The position numbers and the translations under genes were made by a program. DNA of 63,740 nt, filler included, from Candidatus Fermentibacterota bacterium (GTDB lineage Bacteria; JAFGKV01), in NCBI GenBank assembly GCA_016928395.1. It is 4 parts of 4 records of this genome, joined end to end, with 100 filler letters (N's around TTAATTAATTAA, not from the genome) between each part and the next. Parts side by side here need not be neighbours in the genome. Positions count along the whole stretch, not along the records: positions 20,529 to 42,682 come from JAFGKV010000099.1; positions 42,783 to 60,539 come from JAFGKV010000100.1; 2 more parts are not named here. One strand, 5' to 3'. The notes below the pieces were generated by a model. That model saw nothing but the letters and a program-made list of their open reading frames with translations, was not told where the DNA came from and did not search any database. Below are positions 39,189 to 49,193 of the stretch, in pieces. Each line of letters starts with the position of its first letter. Position 1 is the first letter of the stretch.

Positions 39189-40337
39189 ATGAGAGGAGCT
39201 ATGGCGCTCAATCTCCGACGGTTTCGGAAGGTGCGACAACTTACGCAGCAGGCTCTGGCTGATGCCGCCGGAATAAGCAGGGTTGCTTATAGGAACATCG
39301 AAACCGGAGCCTCCGAGGCGAAGGCCTCAACGCTGAACGCGTTGGCGCAAGCATTGCGGGTTTCCGTGTTCGATCTGCTGGAGGAAGCCCCGACCATGCA
39401 GAGCCTTCGCTTCCGTTCTCTCAAGTCGCTGACGGCCCAGGAGCGAGCCGAGAGAGATCAGATCGCCGTCGAAGTCGCGCGGTGGCTCCGGGATTACAAC
39501 GAACTGGAGGACATGCTCGACCAGCGGATCGCTTATCGCCTGGATGAGATTGATGCTCGTGGTTCCAGTCCGGAAGAGGTGGCAGCGACTGCGCGCGAGC
39601 ACCTGTCGTCGCCCGGCGGGCCGACGCGGCCGGACATCTGTGGTCTACTTGAGCAGGCAGGTGTCAAGGTGCGCCTATCCCCATCACGCATGCGCGCGTT
39701 CTTCGGGCTCTCCGTGGGACCTCCTGACGGCGGACCAGCAATAGCGGTGAACACGGCAGAAGAGATTCCCGTCGAACGACAGATCTTCACGGCTGCCCAT
39801 GAGCTGGGGCATCTCCTACTTCACGGCGACTCCTACCGAACCGACCGTGTTGACGAGGATCCCCTCCAGGAGAAGGAAGCAAACCGGTTCGCGGCCCATT
39901 TCCTGATGCCCCCCGGGGAGTTCAGCGCTGAGTGGGAGAAGAATCGCGGTCTGCACTGGATCGACGCTGTGTTGCGGACGAAGCGTCAATTCGGCGTGAG
40001 CTACAAGACCGTCCTACGACGACTTGTCGAGGGGGGCCTCGCCGATGACCGGATCTATCCCCACTTCGTCGATGCCTATGCCACCCGATACGGAAAGCGA
40101 CTCGCCTACAGAGAAGAACCTGAAGCACCTGTGACGGTGACCAAAGGTGAAGAACCGGTCGCTTTGGAGTGGGTCGACTTCCACGAAGATCGACTGAGCC
40201 AGCTCGTCCATGACGCGCTGGACAAGGGCTTGATCAGCATCGGGAGGGCCGCGGAGATCTTGAACGTGAGCCTCGCAATGATGCGAGAGCGGATCAGCGA
40301 GTGGGGTCTGTTTGGATGCCCGATCCTCAAGCAGTAG
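39189..40337 (+). CDS. XRE HTH fused to ImmA/IrrE-family metallopeptidase
   Basis: N-terminal HTH LTQQALA...YRNIETG; ERQIFTAAHELGHLLLH (HExxH); EKEANRFAAHFLMP. Confidence 0.9.
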   Translation: MRGAMALNLRRFRKVRQLTQQALADAAGISRVAYRNIETGASEAKASTLNALAQALRVSVFDLLEEAPTMQSLRFRSLKSLTAQERAERDQIAVEVARWLRDYNELEDMLDQRIAYRLDEIDARGSSPEEVAATAREHLSSPGGPTRPDICGLLEQAGVKVRLSPSRMRAFFGLSVGPPDGGPAIAVNTAEEIPVERQIFTAAHELGHLLLHGDSYRTDRVDEDPLQEKEANRFAAHFLMPPGEFSAEWEKNRGLHWIDAVLRTKRQFGVSYKTVLRRLVEGGLADDRIYPHFVDAYATRYGKRLAYREEPEAPVTVTKGEEPVALEWVDFHEDRLSQLVHDALDKGLISIGRAAEILNVSLAMMRERISEWGLFGCPILKQ

Positions 40338-40831
40338 TCATCGCTGACGCGAACGTACTCATCGACTATGCGGTCACAAGTCCCGATCTGCTTGGCCTCA
40401 TCTCGACGCGACTATGGGTCGTTCACGTACCGCGGCCCGTGTTCGACGAGGTTGACCAACTCGATGAGCACGATGCGGCTCGGCTCTCGCTGGCGATCGT
40501 GGAGCCTAGTCTGGGCCAACTCGTAGAGGCCGGAACACGAGGTGGCCGCCTGTCCAGGCAGGACAGGCTGTGCTTCGTCATGGCTCGCGACAATCGCTGG
40601 CGTTGCTGGACGAACGATACGGGACTTAGGAAGCTGTGCCGAGACGCGCAGATACGGACGTACTGGGGCCTTGAACCCATGATACTCCTTTGCCAGCAGG
40701 GATACCTGCAGGTCGATGAAGCCACCAGAACGGCACGCATGATCCACGACATCAACCGGTATCATCTCAGCGGTGAGATCCTGGAGCGTTTCCTGGGGAA
40801 ACTGGATCAGATCGAGGGGGAGCGGGGATGA
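40316..40831 (+). CDS. PIN-domain protein, partner of the XRE-ImmA gene
   Basis: IADANVLIDY, VFDEV, LSRQD, TNDTGLR; overlaps the upstream gene. Confidence 0.78.
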   Translation: MPDPQAVVIADANVLIDYAVTSPDLLGLISTRLWVVHVPRPVFDEVDQLDEHDAARLSLAIVEPSLGQLVEAGTRGGRLSRQDRLCFVMARDNRWRCWTNDTGLRKLCRDAQIRTYWGLEPMILLCQQGYLQVDEATRTARMIHDINRYHLSGEILERFLGKLDQIEGERG

Positions 40832-41330
40832 ACGAGAAGAAGCCGCCAGCCACCTCCAGGCATCAGAACTCTCCGCTGGGCATCCGCCGGAGCCCGAAGC
40901 GGAGTCGGCCGGAGCGACAAATTCAACACGGACGTCGCTCACCATGTGGCCGTGCGCAAGTTCCGGCGCTCAACCAAGGGGAGAGCTGGCTAGGGTCGTG
41001 TATTGCTTTTTGACATATGACGATCGCCCCTCTCGTCGCGCGCTGTGCGAGTCGTCCGACCGGTGAAGCAGAATCGGCTGTCGGCCAGAGTGAGGAGTCA
41101 GGAGATAGGAGTAAGGAGTCTGAGGTTGTTGGTTCTCAGTGGACTTACCCCGAAACTGCGGACACATGGGGGGAGATAGTGGCACAAATGACTGCAGCTG
41201 ACCTCTCGACCGTAGGATCGGATGACTGCAAGAATCTGAAAGCAGCTAGTAAGAGGCCAACCGAAGATGGCCCAAAGGGGGAAGACCGCGTTGCCCTACC
41301 CCCGCCCGCATCACGCAGATAGAAGAAGCA

Positions 41331-42682
41331 TTACTCCTCGTGGTGGAGTCGCTCCTCCTCCATCTCCAACCGCTCCTGCTCCCTCAACTCCGGATACAGG
41401 TATGAATCCCTCTCCGCCGAGGCGCAGTAGTCCAGCCGCTTCTCCTCGAAACCCCTGCGCTTGGCTACCACGCGGTAGTCGAACGTTCCGTTGGAACCCC
41501 CGCCATTCCGCTCTACCACGTCGAATCCCGTGAGCCCCTTCTTCACCGCGACCCCTTCGCATGACTCGTCGTGCAACTCCACGAACACCTTCATCGGATT
41601 CGCCGCATCGATGGTCACCGTCTCCAGGAAGAGTGGATCCAGCTCGACATGGCATCGCCCATCGACCAACTGCCCCTCCCCGAAGTCCTCGAACCAGTTC
41701 TCGGGGCTCTCCTGGCAGTACATCAGGGTCGGACCCCTGGATGTCTGCACCACGCAGCTCTTGGTCCCCGAACCGGCAAGACCGCCAATGAAGTAGACTC
41801 CGTAGCCGCCGGGGGAATCACTCCGACCCACGACGCCGCAGGGGTCGCCCGTAGTGGCGGAGGCATGGGCGAATACGCCCGTTCCGATGGCGGAGGAGCT
41901 CGTGAAGTCGCCGCCACAGGCGGAGGCAGAGCCGGTCACGCCGCAGCCGTTGGGGGAGGCGCTCATGAACCGGCCGCCATAGGTGACGCCCGAGGTGGCG
42001 GTAGCCTCCCCATAGACGCCTATACCTTGGGTGGAGGCGCTCGTGCCTCGCACGCCTGGGGAATTGCCCGCGGTACTTGAGTTGGTGCCCGAGATGATGG
42101 GATTCGCGTTGGAGGCGGTGAGAGCAAGGGGCACCGCGACGTGCAGCGTCGCATTACCGGAGGTGGCGCCGCCGGTGAGCCCCGTGCCCGCAATGACCGC
42201 GGTGATGTCACCCATCCCGGAACCGGAAAGGGTCCCATCCACCGTCAGATTCCCGGTGACCCGTGCATTGCCCTGGAAGTAGCCTGCGAAGCCAGCGGGG
42301 GAGACGGCTAGGCCGTACACCCCATAGGTCGTTCCCGATGTGGCGGCGGCATAGCCATGCACGCCACGGCCATCGGACGAGTTGCTCTGGCCCCAGATGC
42401 CGTAGGTCGTCCCCGATGTGGCGGCGGCCCAGCCGTAGACAGCTCGACCCGCGGTGGAAACGCTCGTGAAGTAGCCACCGTAGGCAGCACCCGATGCGGC
42501 GGTGGCGCCCCCATACACCCCTCGGCCAGCGGTGGAGTCGCTCGTGCCGTACACGCCGGAGGTAGTGCCCGATGTGGCGAGGGCCCGGCCGTAGACACCG
42601 CGGCCATCGGTGGAGGCGCTCGTGAAGTAGCCGCCCCAGGCAGCGCCCGATGTGGCGGTGGCGCCCCCGTACACCCCGCGGC
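41331..42682 (-). CDS. Gly/Ser/Thr-rich repeat surface or fibre-like protein, 3' part, cut by gap
   Basis: Repeats of about 24 aa G(V/I)YG.A.ATSG..YGG.F; GDITAV.AGTGLTGG; C-terminal ESPENWFEDFG...FDYRVVAKR domain. Confidence 0.75.
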
Positions 42683-42782
42683 NNNNNNNNNNNNNNNNNN
42701 NNNNNNNNNNNNNNNNNNNNNNNNNNTTAATTAATTAANNNNNNNNNNNNNNNNNNNNNNNNNNNNNNNNNNNNNNNNNNNN
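42683..42782. other. Artificial contig-join linker
   Basis: N44-TTAATTAATTAA-N44. Confidence 0.97.
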
Positions 42783-42967
42783 CGCTATCGGAGCCGCAGC
42801 TCCGAGTACGAGTATTCCGAGTACGAGTATGAGTACGAGGTCAGGATGTACTCTCAAACAAGTGCGGCCGGGTCAGTGAGGAGATGGGAGATAGGAGTGA
42901 AGCGCCGACAGCCGACAGCCGACTGCGACGCTTCCTCCAGGCTGCGGGAAACGAGCGTTGAGGCGGG

Positions 42968-43044
42968 TGGTACGCCTGCCGAGACTTGAACTCGGAACCC
43001 TCGGATTAGAAGTCCGATGCTCTATCCGGTTGAGCTACAGGCGC
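42968..43044 (-). tRNA. tRNA-Arg (anticodon TCT)
   Basis: Reverse complement GCGCCTGTAGCTCAACCGGATAGAGC-A-TCGGA-CTTCTAA-TCCGA-...GTTCAAGT...CAGGCGT-ACCA folds as a cloverleaf. Confidence 0.96.
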
Positions 43045-43049
43045 GAGGG

Positions 43050-43127
<78 letters not shown>

Positions 43128-43535
43128 AGTTCGGAACCCGGCTCATTTAGGCGTGAATCGCGACCGGGGTCAAGAGCCGGGTGCAGACGACCGAGTTCAT
43201 CATGTCATTGGGGTTCCGGCTGACAAGAGCCCGGCCGGCAACCATTGAGCCCGTGCCTCTGGTCATTGGCGGGCTCTGCTTCTCGTTCGCCCATTTCGCC
43301 AATGTGGAGGAGGGTGAAGCCGTAGCTCTCATGCTGCCGACGGCGCGCGAGGTGAGTGGTGACCCATCACGGAGCAGAGAGAAGGCGCAGGCTGTGCCTT
43401 TTCCCTTTCGCCCGGCTGCTCACGGCGCTATCGTTTGGAGAATGGCTGCAGTAATGCGCAGGCCGGCAGTCGCTCCGGCGCACCGGCATGCGTGCTCCGC
43501 ACGACTTTGAAGACCATTCCGAGGAGGAACCAACA

Positions 43536-43964
43536 GTGCAGAGAATAGAGTGGACACCGCGCCTGTCCGTAGGCGTACCCTTGATCGATCAGCAACACCA
43601 ATCCCTCATAGGACGTATTCGTGACCTGGCACAGGCCGTTGAGGAGTATCAAGGCATCGGAGTGGTCACGAGCACCCTGAACTTCCTCATCGAGTACGCG
43701 GACTATCACTTCTCCACCGAGGAGAAGCACATGACGGGCAATGACTATCCGGGTCTAGAGTATCACAAGGGCCAGCACGAAGAATTCCGGCGAACCCTGG
43801 CCAACCTCGAGACTGATTTCCAGGAGGAGGGATCATCGCAGGACCTGGCCGGTTCGATCAAGACGTTCCTGTTTGACTGGTTTGTCACGCACATCGATCG
43901 CGTCGATCGCGGCTTTGGCGCATTCCTGGCCCACAAAGGAGTAGTCCTAGACGCTGAGGAGTAG
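43536..43964 (+). CDS. Bacteriohemerythrin
   Basis: IEW...SVGVPLIDQQH, HFSTEE, HKGQH, HIDRVD di-iron ligands; GAGGAGG RBS then GTG. Confidence 0.92.
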   Translation: MQRIEWTPRLSVGVPLIDQQHQSLIGRIRDLAQAVEEYQGIGVVTSTLNFLIEYADYHFSTEEKHMTGNDYPGLEYHKGQHEEFRRTLANLETDFQEEGSSQDLAGSIKTFLFDWFVTHIDRVDRGFGAFLAHKGVVLDAEE

Positions 43965-44124
43965 GCGCACACACCCCGCGCTTCCGGCATCATGAGCCGG
44001 CACATCACTCGGCTGACGATGGTTGCATTCCTGAGGTCATGGCGAACCAATACCGTATCACGCCTGAGCTGAGGATCACGCCTGACTCTCAAAGTATGCC
44101 GCTGCGTGGCGGGACTGACAAAAC

Positions 44125-44173
44125 GCCGCGGGGGGAGGGAGAGCGAACCCCCCCTCTCCCAACCCCCCGCGGC
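44125..44173. terminator. Long GC hairpin between convergent genes, possible terminator
   Basis: GCCGCGGGGGG-a-GGGAGAG...CTCTCCC-aa-CCCCCCGCGGC. Confidence 0.5.
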
Positions 44174-44361
44174 ATTGGCCCCCACGACCACACTGGCCGA
44201 AGGCCAATCAGGACGAAATTCGTAACGCGAATGAAAACCTCTCGCAGTTAGAATGTCTCCGTTCTGTATCAGAAGCTCTACTGAAAATGGATTATAGAGA
44301 CCACAAAGAAGGGTTAGGGCGGGGGTCTCTGCAGGGGACGAAGGCCCTGAGACGCGAGCAA

Positions 44362-45006
44362 TCAGGCCTTGACCATACCCTCGCGTACCGCATAGCGGAT
44401 AAGGCCTGCCTGTGTGTGCAGCCCCAATTTCGTCCGGATGTTGTTCTTGTGTACGTGTATTGTGTTGGCCGATACACTCAGCCTCGCGGCAATGCCCTTA
44501 GTAGAGAATCCCTCAGCGACCAGTTGCAGCACTTCTCGCTCGCGGGATGTAAGCGCGGTACTGTGTGGCGTGGCCGGTCGTTTGGCGAGGAAACCTCTGA
44601 CAATGTACCTGGAGATGCAAGGACTGAGGAAAAAGCCGCCGCGGTGAACCTCTCGGATCGCCTGAAGAATGTCCCGAGTGGCGGTCTCCTTCAACACGTA
44701 CCCATTCACGCCCGCCTCGATGGCCCGGGTCACGATGCCCTCGCTGTCATGAATGCTCAGAATGATGATCCTGGCATCGGGATACTCACGACGGAGCCGA
44801 ACAGCCGTCTCAATCCCGTTCAGCAGGGGCATGGCAACATCCAGAAGGTAGACATCGGCGGGGTGGGTCTTTGCCAGCTCCAGTGCTTCGGCGCCGTTGC
44901 CCGCCTCAGCGACAACCTCGATGTCCGTCGCGCTCTTGGCCATCGCTGCCCGCAGGCCCTCACGAATCACGGGATGGTCATCGGCGATCATGACCTTGAT
45001 ACTCAT
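44362..45006 (-). CDS. NarL/LuxR-family response regulator
   Basis: IADDH, LLDVAMP, GYVLK, LTSREREVLQL HTH. Confidence 0.95.
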   Translation of the reverse strand: MSIKVMIADDHPVIREGLRAAMAKSATDIEVVAEAGNGAEALELAKTHPADVYLLDVAMPLLNGIETAVRLRREYPDARIIILSIHDSEGIVTRAIEAGVNGYVLKETATRDILQAIREVHRGGFFLSPCISRYIVRGFLAKRPATPHSTALTSREREVLQLVAEGFSTKGIAARLSVSANTIHVHKNNIRTKLGLHTQAGLIRYAVREGMVKA

Positions 45007-47327
45007 TCGACATTTCCTCCCGCAGGCAGTGCGACGTGGATCTGGGTTCCCTGGCCCACGATGGATTTCACCTCAAAGGCGCCGTGAACCGACGCAACCA
45101 TCTCCCGCATGGCACGGATTCCCATATGGCAGGTTGGGGCCGAGGCAATGGATTGGGTGTCGAAGCCTTTGCCGTCGTCCTTGACTCGCACCACCACGCG
45201 CCCGTCCCGCCCGGAAAGCTGTATCGACGCCCGCGTCGCTTCGGAGTGGAGCGCAATGTTGTTCAGCGATTCCTGGACGAGGCGAAACACGACGATCGAC
45301 CGACGAGAGCCGACATCCGCATCGTGCACCTTCACGCTGCACTTGATGGGGATTCCGGCGCGATCACTCACCTGAGAGACAAGCAGCCTTAGCGCCGCGG
45401 TGATACCCAGGATGTCAAGGTCAGGCGGTCTTAGGTCTGCGGCCAGGCCCTTCAGTCGCCTGACGACATCTTCAAGCAGGGCTTTTCCCTCCTCGATTGC
45501 GTTCGTCGCGTCATCGGAATCCCCTCGTCTCATCGCTTCGGCTGCGACGTGAAATTTGGAGGTCAACCCCACCGCCATGGATCCGACTTCGTGGTGCAAC
45601 ACGGAGGAAAGGCCTTGCTTCTCTTCCTCCCTGATGGCCAGGAGCCTTCGGGAGAACTGCTGGAGCTCTCGCTCGGAGTCCTCAAGCCGGGCGCGGTGCC
45701 GTGCCAGTTCTCGGTCGGTGCGCGCTCGCTCCAATACACCAATGAACAACTCTCCGGCAAGCTGCAGCACGGCGAAATCATCGTCTTGCCACATCCGGCC
45801 GGCGTCCGTGCATCCGAACGCCAGAAGCCCGGTCAACTCCTGTTCACGGAACAACGGAATGCTCAGAAACGAATACCACCCAAGGGATCTACAGAAGTCG
45901 CGCAGTGGCTCGGCAACGGAGTCTGAGGTGAAGGCCTGGAGTTTGCGTTCGGATCGTATCTTCGAGAAAGCCCATTCGAATCCTTCCATTGACACCCTGC
46001 ATTGCTGAGAATCATCCGCATCCGAATGCCACCAGTAGATCTTGTCTACCCCCGTGCGATCTTGAGAAAGGACGCCCAGAGTGCACACAGCCGACTCCAC
46101 GAACCGACCCAGTTCGCCCAGCGAATGAGTCACCGCGGATTCGACCTCCTCGGGCAATGACCTGACGAACCGGCTTGACATGCCGGTGACCAGGTGTTCC
46201 GCCGTGAGACGGCGGCGAAGAGCGGTCTCGACGCGGGTGCGTTCGGTGAGTTGAGCCTGAAGCATCTCATTGGCGTGCCGCAGTTCCTCTGTTCGTTGGT
46301 GAATGGTCGTTTCAAGGGCGGCAAGTGTCTCGGTCAGCTCCCGCTGGGCTGCATCACGGGCCTGGCGCGCGCGAAGTGCGGCAATGCCGTGGGCGAGGTT
46401 CGCGCCCACATCACGCAGCAGGTCGATCTCCACCTCGTCGAACGCATCCGGTTCGGCCGCGTAGAGGTTGAGCACCGCCAAAGGCTGCCCTGTCTGGAGG
46501 AGGGGAACAGCAATGCTGGACGCATAGCCTCGCAGGAGTGCCTCCCGGCGCCATGGGGAATACCGCGCATCGTCGGCGATCGCCCTGGCAACGCAGGGCT
46601 CGCCCAGACGAATGGCCGCCCCCGTGGGCCCTTGACCGCGTTCGTCACTGGACCACGTCAACCGAGCCATGTCGACATAGCCTTCGTCGCGACCCCATCG
46701 TGCCACCGGGCGAATCGTTCTGGCCTCGTCATGCTCCACCAGGCCGACCCACGCGAGGCAGTAACCGCCAACGTCCACGGCGATTCGGCACACCTCCTGA
46801 AGGAGATCTGCCTCGTCGTCGGCCCTGGCTACGGCCATGCTGCACCCGCTCATCATGAAGAGTGCGCGGTTGGCCCGTTCCAGGCGGTGCTCGAATTGCT
46901 TGCGAAGCTGGAGATCAATGACCGTGACCACCAATCCCGCAGGCGTCCCGTCTGAATTGCCCAGCTTCGTCGCGAGCAGTCCGACCCAGATGCGACGACC
47001 GTCCTTGTGCAGCAGTTGGATATCAATGCCCGACAGAGGTGACGCGCCGTCACAGCAACCGTGAATCCACTCCTCGAGTCGTGGGTGGTGGTCCTCCGCG
47101 CAGAAATCGGAACAGAGGTCTCGGGAGAGGACCTCAGGGCCAGGGCGCCCCAGAAGGTCACAGTATGCACGGTTGGCTCGGACGATTCGTCCGCCAAGAT
47201 CCAGTATTACCATGCCGCAGTGTGTTGCCTGCTCCAGAAGCCGTGCGGCCGTATCGGCCGCCACGACATCGGCGAGATTCCCTTCAAGAGCGATCGGCGT
47301 TGCCAGCGCAGGATCTTGTGTGTGCAC
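45003..47327 (-). CDS. PAS-GAF-GAF sensor histidine kinase (HisKA_3 type)
   Basis: PAS and two GAF domains, EEEK...LHHEVG H-box, QESLNNIALHS, DDGKGF. Confidence 0.9.
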   Translation of the reverse strand: MHTQDPALATPIALEGNLADVVAADTAARLLEQATHCGMVILDLGGRIVRANRAYCDLLGRPGPEVLSRDLCSDFCAEDHHPRLEEWIHGCCDGASPLSGIDIQLLHKDGRRIWVGLLATKLGNSDGTPAGLVVTVIDLQLRKQFEHRLERANRALFMMSGCSMAVARADDEADLLQEVCRIAVDVGGYCLAWVGLVEHDEARTIRPVARWGRDEGYVDMARLTWSSDERGQGPTGAAIRLGEPCVARAIADDARYSPWRREALLRGYASSIAVPLLQTGQPLAVLNLYAAEPDAFDEVEIDLLRDVGANLAHGIAALRARQARDAAQRELTETLAALETTIHQRTEELRHANEMLQAQLTERTRVETALRRRLTAEHLVTGMSSRFVRSLPEEVESAVTHSLGELGRFVESAVCTLGVLSQDRTGVDKIYWWHSDADDSQQCRVSMEGFEWAFSKIRSERKLQAFTSDSVAEPLRDFCRSLGWYSFLSIPLFREQELTGLLAFGCTDAGRMWQDDDFAVLQLAGELFIGVLERARTDRELARHRARLEDSERELQQFSRRLLAIREEEKQGLSSVLHHEVGSMAVGLTSKFHVAAEAMRRGDSDDATNAIEEGKALLEDVVRRLKGLAADLRPPDLDILGITAALRLLVSQVSDRAGIPIKCSVKVHDADVGSRRSIVVFRLVQESLNNIALHSEATRASIQLSGRDGRVVVRVKDDGKGFDTQSIASAPTCHMGIRAMREMVASVHGAFEVKSIVGQGTQIHVALPAGGNVE

Positions 47328-47549
47328 TCATTCACCCCTTCGGATCACGGATGGGATCGAAGAAGCCACAAATCCCCGCGGTGGTCAAGGCGTGGGCTCG
47401 GCGGGGCGAGCAGGTCCTGATGCGACAGGGTTTGAGCTTCGGCGCCGCGTCGCTCCCGGCTCTGTGACGCCGGTAGGGCCTCCGAGTGCGCGGGCGCAGA
47501 GAGATGTGCCGTGGTTGGGAGTGGAGGGTTGGCCGGGCGGATGGCGGAC

Positions 47550-47598
47550 GAATGGATGGAATGATGGAACGATGGAATGATGGAACGATGGAGGGAGG
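47550..47598. repeat. GGAA(T/C)GAT octamer tandem repeat
   Basis: ggaatgat ggaacgat ggaatgat ggaacgat. Confidence 0.75.
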
Positions 47599-47697
47599 AC
47601 ATCGAAGGGCCAGGGGGATAAGGGTCGCCATCTGTATCGCAATCGCTTTCCCAGCAGACGACTCCCCCGAATCGTGGTTCCTGGGGGCAGGCTTCGT

Positions 47698-48354
47698 TCA
47701 GGGTTTTTGATGACGGACGATGCTCCCCTCGATCATGTAGATCACGTCTTCGGCAATATTGGTGGTGGCATCGGCGATGCGCTCGAGGTGGCGACTGGTG
47801 GAAAGGTAGCTCAGAAGCCTGTCGGTACGAGAGGGGTCGGCCTGGATGGCAGCACCGATCTTGGCATACATCTGGCGGTTGATTTCATCGACCTCGTCGT
47901 CTGATGCCAGCACGCGCCGTGCCAGATTGGCGTCCATGTCGAAGAGGGAGTCAAGACTCCCGCGGAGCATGGCCAGGGTCTTCCCGCACATCTCGTCGAA
48001 GGCAAACGGCGCCTGGATCGGCTCCCGATCGTGGAGGAACACGGTGCGTTCTGCGATGTTGACCGCGAGGTCACCCATGCGTTCCAGATCATTGTTGATC
48101 TTCAGCGCCGCGATGATGAAGCGAAGATCGATCGCCACTGGTTGATGAAGGGCCAGAATCTTGAGGCACTCTTCTTCGACCCGAACCTCCTGCTCGTCAA
48201 TGACCCAGTCGCGTTCGATGATCTCCTTGGCCAAGGTGGTGTCCCGCTCTTCGATGGACTTGACTGCCTTTCGTACGCTTTCCTCGACCACTGTGCTCAG
48301 AACGGTGATCTGTTTCTTCAGTCCCTCTATCTCTCGTTGGAGATGCTTGCCCAT
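47698..48354 (-). CDS. phoU: Phosphate signalling complex protein PhoU
   Basis: QPVAIDLR, DLERMGDLAVNIA, LERIAD...NIAEDVIY. Confidence 0.95.
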   Translation of the reverse strand: MGKHLQREIEGLKKQITVLSTVVEESVRKAVKSIEERDTTLAKEIIERDWVIDEQEVRVEEECLKILALHQPVAIDLRFIIAALKINNDLERMGDLAVNIAERTVFLHDREPIQAPFAFDEMCGKTLAMLRGSLDSLFDMDANLARRVLASDDEVDEINRQMYAKIGAAIQADPSRTDRLLSYLSTSRHLERIADATTNIAEDVIYMIEGSIVRHQKP

Positions 48355-48370
48355 GGCTACTCTCTCTTCC

Positions 48371-49189
48371 TCAACCGAAACGCCCGGTGATATAGTCTTC
48401 CGTTTGCTTCTTCTCGGGTTTGGTGAACAGCCGCTGCGTGGGTCCGAACTCCACGAGAACACCCTCGTAGAAGAACGCGGTCAGATCACTTATGCGTGCT
48501 GCTTGCTGCATGTTGTGCGTCACGATGACGATGGTGTACGAACCCCGCAGCTCACCGATGAGGTCCTCTATGCGGGTGGTGGATCGTGGATCCAGGGCCG
48601 ATGTCGGTTCGTCCATCAGCAGGATCTCGGGACCGACCGCCAGGGCACGGGCGATGCAAAGTCGCTGCTGTTGGCCGCCCGAGAGCCCCAGGGCATTCTC
48701 GTTGAGCCTGTCCTTCACCTCATCCCAGAGTGCCGCCTTGCCGAGGCTTCGCTCCACGATCTCCGCGAGGTCTGTCCTGCCCTTGATTCCCTGAAGTCGC
48801 GGGCCGTAGGCTACGTTCTCAAATACAGTCTTTGGGAATGGATTCGGCTTCTGGAAGACCATGCCGACACGTTGCCGCAAGGCCACGACGTCGACGTCAG
48901 GGCTGTACACGTTGACGCGATCGAACACCAACTCGCCCTTGGCCGAGCACCCGGGAATAAGATCATTCATGCGATTGATGGCGCGGAGGAACGTGCTCTT
49001 GCCGCACCCGCTGGGGCCGATGATGGCGGTCACCAATCCCCGAGGAATATCGAAGGAGGCCTGTTTCACCGCTTCGACCTTCCGGTAAAACACGGAGAAT
49101 TCGGCCGCCTTCACGTGGGCCGTGAGTCCCTCAATGGCGATGTCCGGCCTGCTGGGCGCGCGGAGTGTGGTGAGCAGGGTCTGGGCCAT
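48371..49189 (-). CDS. pstB: Phosphate ABC transporter ATPase
   Basis: [37 protein letters not shown]. Confidence 0.97.
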   Translation of the reverse strand: MAQTLLTTLRAPSRPDIAIEGLTAHVKAAEFSVFYRKVEAVKQASFDIPRGLVTAIIGPSGCGKSTFLRAINRMNDLIPGCSAKGELVFDRVNVYSPDVDVVALRQRVGMVFQKPNPFPKTVFENVAYGPRLQGIKGRTDLAEIVERSLGKAALWDEVKDRLNENALGLSGGQQQRLCIARALAVGPEILLMDEPTSALDPRSTTRIEDLIGELRGSYTIVIVTHNMQQAARISDLTAFFYEGVLVEFGPTQRLFTKPEKKQTEDYITGRFG

Positions 49190-49193
49190 GGAG

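Noticed and set aside
40828-41013. 61-aa ORF overlapping the PIN gene stop
   Set aside because: May be a gene remnant, but it has no recognisable similarity, so it is not called
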